DNA from: Squalus acanthias
Taxonomy: Eukaryota
Assembly: GCA_030390025.1 (NCBI GenBank)
Contig: CM059441.1
Span: forward strand, 68,200,001 to 68,264,000
Length of the DNA stretch: 64,000 nt
Reading direction: 5' to 3'
In this document: in pieces, positions 55,208 through 64,000 of the stretch
Position numbering within the stretch: the stretch's first letter is position 1
Layout: the number at the start of each line of letters is the position of its first letter
Notes under the pieces: model-generated
What the model was told of the DNA's origin: nothing
The model's database searches: none
What the model saw: the letters and a program-made list of their open reading frames with translations, nothing else
Made by a program: the position numbers and the translations under genes

Positions 55208-57159
55208 GGAAAAAGCTGGAGATGTAACATATTAAGCAGGCGCAGAGACAGGGTGGGAGGGGAGGAAGGAATTGAAGGAACATATTGTGCTGAGGTAAGA
55301 GGCAGGAAAGATAAAATGTTGCAAAGGGGGTGGCAAAATCATACAGCATGAAAAATGGGAGCAGGGGTTATAGTTTGAAATTGTTGAACTCAATGTTGAG
55401 TCCAGAAGGTTGTAAAGTGCCTAATCGAAAGATGAGGTGTTGTTCCTCGAGCTTACGCTGAGCTTCATTGGAACAATGTAAGAGGCCGAGGATAGAGAGA
55501 TCAGAGTGGGAGTGAAGCGGAGAATTAAAGTCACAGGCGACCGGAAGCTCAGGGTCACCTTTACGGACTGAACGGAGGTGTTCCGCAAAGCGGTCGCCCA
55601 ATTTGCGTTTGGTCTCCCCAATGTAGAGGAGACCGCATCGTGAGCAGCGAATACAGTGTACTAAATTGCAAGAAGTACAAGTAAATCGCTGTTTCACCTG
55701 GAAGGGGTGTTTGGGGCCCTGAACAGTGGGAAGGGAGGAGGTAAAAGGGCAGGTGTTGCATCTCCTGCGCTTGCACGGGAAAGTGCCGGGCGAAGGAGAA
55801 GAGCTGTTAGGGATGATTGAGGAGTGGACCAGGGTGTTGCGGAGGGAGGGGTCCCTTCGGAATGCTGAAAGGGGCGGTGAGGGGAAGATGCGTTTGGTGG
55901 TGGGATCACGTTGGAGGTGGCGGAAATGGCGGAGGATGATCCGTTGAATGTGGAGGCTGGTGGGGGAAGGGGTGAGAGCAGAAGTGCGGGAAATGGAACG
56001 GACACGGTCAAGGGCCGTGTCAACCACAGTAGAGGGGAATCCTCGGTTGAGGAAAAAGGAAGACATGTCGGAAGCACTGGTATGGAAGGTGGCATCGTTC
56101 GAACAGATGCGACGGAGACGGAGAAACTGGGAGAATGGAATAGAGTCCTTACAGGAAGCGGGGTGGGAGGAAGTGTAGTCCAGGTAGCTGTGGGAGTCAG
56201 TGGGCTTGTAGTGGATGTTTGTCGATAGCCGATCGCCAGAAATGGAGATGGAGAAGTCAAGGAAGGGAAGAGAAGAGTCGGAGATGGATCATGTGAAGGT
56301 GAGGGAAGGGTGGAAATTGGAAGTAAAGTGAATGAACTTTTCTAGTTCAGGGCGAGAGCAGGAAACGGCACCGATACAGTCATCGATGTACCGGAAGAGG
56401 TGAGGGAGGGGACCTGAGTAAGACTGGAACAAAGAATGTTCCACATATCCCATGAAAAGGCAGGCATAGCTAGGGTCCATGCGGGTTCCCATAGCAACAC
56501 CTTTAATTTGGAGGAAGTGAGTGGAGTCAGAGGAGAAGTTGTTCAATGTGAGAACAAGTTCAGCCAGGCGGAGGAGGGTGGTGGTGGATGGGGACTGGTT
56601 GGGCCTCTGTTCAAGGAAGAAGCAGAACGCCCTCAGGCCGTCCTGGTGGGGGATGGAGGTGTAGAGGGATTGGACGTCATTGTGAAAAGGAGACGGTTGG
56701 GGCCAGGAAACTGGAAACTGTTAAAGTGGCGGAGGGCGTCGGAAGAGTCGTGAATGTAGGTGGGAAGAGACTGGACAAGGGGAGAAAAAATAGAGTCAAG
56801 ATAGGAAGAGATAAGTTCCGTGGGGCAAGAACAGGCTGAAACGATGGGTCTACCAGGGCAGTCCTGTTTGTGGATCTTGGGAAGGAGGTAGAAGCGGGCT
56901 GTGCGGGATTGAGGTTGGCGGCCATTCCCCTCTACTGTGGTTGGCACGGCCCTTGACTGTGTCCGTTCCATTTCCCACACTTCTGCTCTCACCCCTTCCC
57001 CTCCCTCCCAGAACCACGATAGGGTTCCCCTTGTCACCCCCTTTGCAACATTTTATCTTTCCTGCCTCTTACCTCAGCACAGTATGTTCCTTCAATTCCT
57101 TCCTCCCCTCCCACCCTGTCGCTGCACCTGCTTAATATGTTACATCTCCAGCTTTTTCC

Positions 57160-57196
57160 AGTTCTGATGAAGGGTCCCAGACCTGAAACATTAACT
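57160..57196 (+). ncRNA. Minimal hammerhead ribozyme motif (helix III mutated to ACAU)
   Basis: AGUU-CUGAUGA-A-GGGUC(CCA)GACCU-GAAACAUU-AACU. Confidence 0.6.
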
Positions 57197-57349
57197 CTGT
57201 TTCTCTCTCCACGGATGCTGCCTGGCCTGCTGAGTGTTTCCAGCATTTTCTGTTGTTATTTCAGATTTCCAGCATCCGCAGTATTTTGCTGTTGTAATCT
57301 GTTTCTGTGTTGGTTGAGGGATAAATGTTGGCCAGGATAGTGGGGATAA

Positions 57350-57581
57350 AATGTCTCTTCATCTCCTCCTTTGTTCCTTTATCCCCTCCCCCTTTTCCCA
57401 GCTTTACCCTGGCCTTAAATCTATTTGATTTCCAGCTCTTCCCAGTTCTGATGAAAGGTCATCGACCTGAAACGTCAACTCTCTTTCTCTCTCCACGGAT
57501 GCTGCCTGGCCTGCTGAGTTTTTCCAGCGTTTTCTGTTGTTATTTCGGATTTCCAGCATCTGCAGTATTTTGCTATCGTCG
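57350..57581 (+). mobile_element. Penelope 3'-end fragment
   Basis: Same 3' terminal sequence as the large element; 12-bp TSD TAGTGGGGATAA (57338-57349 / 57582-57593). Confidence 0.8.
57444..57480 (+). ncRNA. Minimal type I hammerhead ribozyme motif (Penelope-associated)
   Basis: AGUU-CUGAUGA-A-AGGUC(AUC)GACCU-GAAACGUC^AACU. Confidence 0.7.
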
Positions 57582-57655
57582 TAGTGGGGATAACTCCCCT
57601 GCTCTTCTTTGATATAATGACATGGGATCTTTTACGTCCAGCTGAGAGAGCAGAC

Positions 57656-58068
57656 AACAACAACAACTTGTATTTATATAGTGCCTTTAACGTAGTAAAA
57701 CGTCCCAAGGCGCTTCACAGGAGTATTTTAAGACAAAAAATTTGACACCGAGCCACATAAGGATAAATTAGGGCAGGTGACCAAAAGCTCGGTCAGCGAG
57801 GTAGGTTTTAAGGAGCGTCTTAAAGGAAGAAAGAGAGGTAGCGAGGCGGAGAGGTTTAGGCTGGGAATTCCAGAGCTTAGGGCCTAAGCAACAGAAGGCA
57901 CAGCCACCAATGGTTGAGCAATTATAATCAGGGATGCTCAAGAGGACAGAATTAGAGGAGCGCAGATATCTTGGGTGGGGTGGGGGGGGGGGCGCGGGTT
58001 GTGGGGCTGAAGGAGATTATAGAGATAGGAATGGGCAAGGCCATGGAGGGATTTGAAAACAAGGATGA
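57656..58068 (-). mobile_element. L2 LINE 3' end nested in the DeuSINE
   Basis: Near-identical to 36860-37255; (CAA)n tail on +. Confidence 0.8.
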
Positions 58069-58269
58069 GACGGGGCCTCAGTTTAACGTCTCATCCGAAA
58101 GAAGGCACAGTGCAGTACTCCTTCAGTACTATACTGGGAGTGTCAGCCTAGGTTTTTGTGCTCAAGTCTCTGGACTTGAAAGCTATATTGATTGCAATGA
58201 GCTTTTCTTTGCCACCGCCCTTGACTCAATGACTTATCAATGTACTGTCAGGCTACCTGTCTAACATGA

Positions 58270-60119
58270 AAGTGGTGTCAGAAATTTCTCCAACTTACAA
58301 CTATCAAAACTACCCATCCTGTTGCCTCATGGCAAAAAAAAATTGTAGTCCTGTCCCTGCCTCTTAATCTCTTTCCACAATCTCCTCTCTGCTCCAAAAT
58401 TGGTGGCAAAATCGTCAGTTGTCTGTCTTATGGTGTGGGATATTCTCCCTAAATCTCTGCTTCTTTTCTCCCCATCTGATAATTGCACTCTACATCTATC
58501 AACTTCAGATTGTACAACATCTGTTCTACTCAATGCAGTCGTTGATCACTGTCTTTTGTCTCCATTCCCTTTAGGGGGCAGTGAAAATCTCAATGCTTGT
58601 CAGTTTCTTCAAGTCTTGCAAATCTAACCATTGCCTTTGCCTCCACCTTTGATCCTTTTTCATTTCTTGATGCTGTTGGAATCAGCATTGCTTCTCATTG
58701 TATGAAATTTGCAGTGGCTAAGGCTGCCTTCAAGAGGCTTGGTTTATTTTGTCAAACACCTTTCCCCTCAACAATTCTTAATTCTCTGAAACCCAAATCC
58801 ATCCAATAGTCCAATACGACACTCTCATCTGGGTTGGGGCAGGAGGCGTGGTTGAGAGGCTGTTCTCCTACATCTCTTGCAGTCCTGGGCAGCATAGAAG
58901 AAAAACATAACTGGTAGACAATTTTTTCTCTTAACTTCTCGCTTCCAATCTTTTGTTTGTAATGTTTCTGTATTTTATTGATACTTCTATGATCTCTGCT
59001 GCACTGAAATTTCCTGTTTGCACTTCATTGGTGCTTTGGGACACCTGAGGTTTTTTTTGGCTTCTCTCCGACTGTTTTCAACCTTTGTTGTCTTGTAATC
59101 TGAGCTTTGGTCTTTAACCAGGGGTTCTCTGTATTTAAGACCAGCAAATAGTGGATGATCTTCCATATTATTTTCATATTCACCCTGCAAGTACAAAGTT
59201 TCCCTTCTTTTAGCCTCTGTAGTTCTTGGAGTTTTATATTTTAAAACCTGTTTATTTGCTATCATGCCTACTTATATTTGTTGGCACCTCCACGGAAAGA
59301 ACTGATGGGAATCAAACCAAGTAATGCCATGAGAGTACATCATCTATGCTTTGCTACACTGAGTTGAAGTCTTATATGGACAATGTTCTATAATTTTTGA
59401 ACAAAATACTAATGATGGATAAACTTATTTCACCACACTGACTTTACTAAGTAAAATTGCCTGTTGACAAATTAAGCTGAATTGCAGGTGGCCTTGTGCT
59501 TTGAAAATCCACGGCACTGGGTTGATTAACCCAACTTTTTCACCTTTGGCCATTAAAGCCAGTATAACAGGAGATTTCTCCCATCAACTTGGGCTGGAGT
59601 TGTACGTAGATGTCTTCAACTTGCTTTACCACCTAGTCTCCTAAGTATGTTTACATCTCTTATATTTTGATTTGGTACATGCAATCCAGTTACTCATACA
59701 GACTAAAGGAGGTAACAGATGGCTACTTTACACTGGAGTTGGTCCAAACTGGTCTTAAAATGTATTTGTTGATTATATCAAGTAAAGCAGACTGATAATG
59801 AATGCTATGCATATGTATCTGATGAGAGCTGGATGTGTACAGATGCACGTCAGCCCAAAATGTGACTATCAACATGAATAAAGCTAATGCACACGGTGAC
59901 CATCTGTGGATCCACAATCCTAATCTGTTTATCTGTTGTTAAGTATTTTGATCTGCAATTCGCATTAAATTGCCATCGATTCCTGTGTTACATGAGTAAC
60001 CTATTTTCCATAGTATTCCTTTGTCTGGTGTTCGAATGGAATGAATTTTGAGCTAAAATTTTGAAGGAATACAAAACACATTTTCAAGTTTTACCTCAGT
60101 AATATAATTCACTATTCAT
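58270..60119 (-). pseudogene. Endogenous viral element: decayed near-full-length orthomyxovirus-like PB2
   Basis: Collinear motifs across frameshifts versus remembered influenza PB2: RNRW..KYLTTDKQI ~ RMKW..KYPITADKRI; SPVILALMAKGEKV..PV ~ SPLMVAYMLERELV..PV; ALLGLIPISSFRGG ~ AAMGLRISSSFSFGG; GEYENNMEDHPLFAGLK ~ GYEEFTMVGRRATAILR; LIPTASRNEKGSKV ~ LVPKAARGQYSGFV. Confidence 0.75.
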
Positions 60120-60277
60120 CCAATGGAAAAGCTGCTGCTACAATATAACTACAAAATCATTTAATCTTAAAGTCAGAGTTAACCACAAATATAATTGTAC
60201 AAATTATGTATTCCCTGTGGCATTACTGAAGGACGGAAAATGCAGCACTGTGCATTCTTGTAAGGTGGTGAAAGCTC

Positions 60278-61197
60278 TGGAGTCCCCCCAAGGAGCTCTC
60301 CTTGGCCCCTTCTTATTTCTCATCTACATGCTGGGTGACATTATCGAAACACATCAGGTTCCATATGTAAGCTAACGACACCCAACTCTATCTCACCATC
60401 ACTCCTCGACCGTCTCTGATTTGTCACGCTGTTTGTCTGACATACAGTATTGGATGAGCATAAATTTCCTTTAATTAAATATTGGGAAGACCAAAGCCAT
60501 TGTCTTTGGTCCCTGCCACAAAATCCGTTTCCTAGCCACCAACTCCATTGCTGTCCCTGGCCACTGTCTGAGGCTGAACCAGACCGTTTGCAACCTTGAC
60601 GTCGTATCTGACTCAGCTGAACTTCCAACCCCATATTCTATCACCAAGACCGCCTACTTCTACCACCAACCCAGCCTCAGCTATGCCTTTGTTACCTCTA
60701 GACTCGACTATTCCAATGCCCTCCTCGATGGCTTCCCACCTTGCACCCTCTGTAAACTTGAGCTAATCCAAAACTCTGCTGCCTGTATCCTAACTTGCAC
60801 CAAGTCACATTCCCCCATCACCCCTGTGCTCGCTGACCTACATTGACTCCCAGTCCGGCAATGCTTCGATTTTAAAATTTTCATCCTTGTATTCAAATCT
60901 CTCCATGGCCTCGTCCCTTCTGATCTCTGTAACCTGCTCCAGCCCTACAACCCTCAGAAATCTCTGTGCTCCTCCAATTCTGACCTCGTGCATCCCGATT
61001 TTAATCTCACCATTGGCGGCCGTGCTTTCAACTGCCTAGGCCCTAAACCTCTCCTTCCTCCGTTAAGATGTTCCTTAAAACCTACCTCTGTCCTAATATC
61101 TCCTTACATGGTTTGGTGTCAAATTCTAAAGGTTCTGTGAAGCACCTCGGGATGTTTTACTACATTAAAGGCACTATATAAATGCAAGTTGTTGTTG
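60278..61197 (+). mobile_element. L2 LINE 3' portion lying between the PB2-like and NP-like elements
   Basis: [27 protein letters not shown]; tail aaggcactatataaatgcaagttgttgttg. Confidence 0.8.
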
Positions 61198-61871
61198 ACT
61201 GGGCATCAGAAAATATTGGATATCTTTAGGGAGAAGCAGAAAATGAACTATATTGCTTTAAAAATAAGGTGGGAAGAAATAAGAACATTTTCCTTGGGAT
61301 AGGAACACATGCAGCTGTCCGAAGGTGTGGCTCAGTCATGAACCAAATTGAATAGGGTAAAGGAATAGGGCAACAAATATTCAGTGATAAAAAAATCTAA
61401 CTGCAGGTTAAGAGGAAATATGAGTACCAGGTACTTGAGCCACATGGCTTCTGATAGTTAGCAATGTGGAATTTGAAAGCACAATGTGTCAGAAACAAAT
61501 AGTGGCTGAAATGACTTTTGGGGAAAAATTTTGGGTTGAAATTTAATTTTTGAAGTACTGTTTTTCTGTGGGACATTTGCTGATCTATATTCCAGAAAAT
61601 CAGTATGTTTTAATTCATTAGAGTTAGTGAGAAGTAGGACATGATTTTTCCAGCTACCAACAAATTTAATGTCCCACCTTTACAAATCTTAACCATGTAT
61701 AAGACATCATTTCATATTGATTTATTCAGTTTTGCTTTTATTTGAATGGCAAGCTTAAGAAACATGTTTGTGACCGGCTGAGCCAAGCTGTAATTAACTC
61801 AATTATCTAGCATGTGATACACAAACAAAACTGTAGTCCATCATCCTTTTGTCAAGTTGCAGTGTGTTTAA

Positions 61872-62800
61872 TTATCCAGCCACCATCAAATCTGCCCTTC
61901 TCAAAATATATACATCACTGTATGGAGTCAGGAATGGAGTATTGATAAACTTGTGTACAATTTTACCATAGCAGCACGATAGCTGAAGACTGTTTCTGGT
62001 GAAAATCTTAGAGAGCATCTTCTTACAATCACAACACACAAGATTTATATATGGAGTAACGTGACCAAGGCTGCTAGCTTCGTCCTTCTGCAGTCAAAAT
62101 AACCTTGGCAGTGATGGTTCAAACTCATCTAAGCGTTTGCATTTTTGTATGACTATTTGAGTTATGATCTGCTTCTGCCAAGCAATAATTGCAGCTGAGT
62201 GTGGGCAGACTGCCAAGTCCCATTTTCTCTCAATGTTGCCAAGCAATAGAGCATATGCACAGACGTAAGCCATTGGCCCATCAAAGCTTCTCATCAGCAA
62301 CAGCAGTTCTTTAGCTTGTTGATCCTTAAGTTCTCACCCTTTCTTGCTGGCTTCCAGTTTGCTTAAAGCACCTGATCCAGTTTGATCTCGGAGGCTAAGC
62401 AGTTAGGTTTGCCTCTCTTCCATGATCCTGTATATGCCCAGACGACCCTCGATAGGGAGCATGCGGTGTCTCAGCATGCCTGATGCCTTCTGCAACCGGT
62501 GGGCACCGCAGGGTATAGAGCGATAGTTGATAATTAAGTCATAGTGTGATTGTGACTATGTGTATGTCACTCTACTGTACATAGTTATTGTTTTAGACTT
62601 GCAGTGCCCTAGGGCACTTGCCAAAACCATTTTTGTTCCAGTCTTAATGCCAGAGGCAACTCCAGGCCCACCCCTTCCTATCCCATATTATCTATTTTTT
62701 TTTAAAAAACAGCTCAATTGTCATCTCTTATCCAGTATCAAACCCTGTGCAGAAACCATTTTTTTCTTGGATTTGCTTTTCAACACTTGATTCAAATTTA
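61872..62800 (-). pseudogene. Endogenous viral element: decayed orthomyxovirus-like nucleoprotein (NP)
   Basis: Frame 62687..61872 (272 codons) has only 4 internal stops. LGHCKSKTITMYSR ~ IGH/IWH..ND..F/YQR; MAYVCAYALLLGNIERKWDLAVCPHSAAI ~ [30 protein letters not shown]. Confidence 0.6.
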
Positions 62801-63659
62801 AACCCCACCCCCCCCCAAATCCTTATTTTAAACACTTCAATAGATCACACTACTTAACCTTTATCTCTAGGAAATGAGGAACAAGTGAAATAATGAGCCC
62901 TGGAAAAAGTGCAAAGAACCAAGCAGCTGATCCCTGCTATCAGGACAGTTAGGAAAGATTCAAACAGAATTGGACTCAAGCCTTGAAAGGAGGTAAATAA
63001 GAGGGAGGCTTTATTGAAGCACGAATGATACTAAAAGACTTGCATTTATATAGTACCTTTCACAACCTCAATGTCCCAAAGTACCCAACAACCAATGAAG
63101 TACTTTTTGTTGAAGTGTAGTCACTGTTGTAATGTAGGAAGTATACTTAGTATCTGTACTAAATGTCAATCCTGAGTACTATTTCAAGTTAAACCACAAC
63201 TACAAGACAAGGGAAATGCATACAAACTGGTAAAATAAATGTTTCTGATTTGAGCGGTGAACAAAGAATGAGTGTAATGGAGGCAAACACTCTGAACTCA
63301 GTCAAGAGGCAGTTAGACCTGGTGATGCATCCAGGGAAGGACAGGAAGAGTGATCTCGCTCATATGTACTTGATCTCATGCTCAGAGGTATCCTCGATCT
63401 GAATTGCTGCTGCGTTCCAAGGGTAATCTATCCTTCACAAGGTAGGTTGCCCAAAAATACACACTCGGCAAAATTAAGTCTGACTAGTGCTTTGTAAACT
63501 TGCTTTTCTAGTTTATGCTTCCCGTGAAGCCATCTCCCACTAACCGTTTATCACTTTGTCCCCCCCACCAAAATCCAAATCTCTCCATGGCTGTGCCCCT
63601 CCCCATCTTTATACAAGTTAAACAAATTCAATTCTAACCCTCTAGAAAATGAACCCCAG

Positions 63660-64000
63660 TGCTTGTTTTTTTTTAAAAAATGGCTATTATATCTGCATCA
63701 TTACTTTGAATCTGCACTCCCAGATCCCTCTGCTCCTCTACCCCATTTAGACACTTATTTTCCAAGGCCTCATTCTTCCTACCAAAATGTACTACCTCAC
63801 ACTTATCTATATTGAAGTTAATTTGCCAATTGCTCACCTATTCTGCATATTTATTAATGTCTTCCTGTATTTTATTGCAGATTTCTCTATTAACAATACC
63901 CCAATTTGGTGTTGTCTGCAAATTTTGAAATTGTACTTCCGATGAGAGTCCAAATAGTTTGTGAATGGTGAACAGTAGTGCCGGTACTGATCCTTGTGGA
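63660..64000 (-). mobile_element. CR1 LINE fragment (decayed)
   Basis: Reverse complement encodes VPQGSVPA..FADNTKLG..KCEVVHFG. Confidence 0.6.

Larger units (their letters stand above)
55106..57294 (-). mobile_element. Penelope-like element (RT + GIY-YIG endonuclease), 5'-truncated, with inverted terminal segment
   Basis: RT motifs FYLLPKIHK..PGRPI, QIKGVAMG and FRYIDD; GIY-YIG region VHCIRCSRCGLLYIGETKRKLGDRFAEH. 55106-55330 is the reverse complement of about 57035-57265. 13-bp TSD TAATCTGTTTCTG. Confidence 0.9.
54920..58180 (-). mobile_element. DeuSINE split by three nested insertions (two Penelope, one L2)
   Basis: SINE pieces 54920-55105, 57295-57349, 57582-57655 and 58069-58180 join into one copy. 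Confidence 0.8.

Noticed and set aside
58690-58800. Alignment of RELRIVEGKG..AALATANF to the PB2 segment RRLIQLIVSG..AMVF
   Set aside because: It is out of order; the collinear placement is the later ESV/QNP/LVPKAAR region.
62200-62310. Resemblance of LAVCPHSAAII to pneumovirus or filovirus N motifs
   Set aside because: Only one short motif matches; orthomyxovirus NP gives several collinear matches and fits the neighbouring PB2-like element.
62880-63030. Purine-rich frame next to the NP-like element as another viral piece
   Set aside because: It translates to a decayed CR1 motif (LEKVQR..LIPAIR..NRIGL).

Overview
Eukaryotic vertebrate genomic DNA. The repeat content (DeuSINE/SacSINE1-like SINEs, abundant CR1, L2 and Penelope-like elements) points to a cartilaginous fish such as a shark. 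Two housekeeping genes lie tail-to-tail. CIAO1 is on + (7 coding exons, 29..7027, 339 aa). SNRNP200/Brr2 is on - (45 coding exons, 53947..10286, about 2138 aa), with one GC-AG intron and an apparent 1-bp frameshift in exon 34. The introns are packed with SINEs, LINE fragments, hAT-type and Harbinger-type MITEs, and Penelope-like elements whose termini carry minimal hammerhead ribozyme motifs. The most striking signal lies upstream of SNRNP200 (58.2-62.8 kb). Two decayed reading frames there match, motif by motif and in order, an influenza/orthomyxovirus-like PB2 (near full length) and NP. This is a candidate multi-segment endogenous orthomyxovirus-like element in a vertebrate genome. All homology calls are by-eye alignments to remembered sequences and need database confirmation. 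Repeat boundaries are approximate unless TSDs are given.
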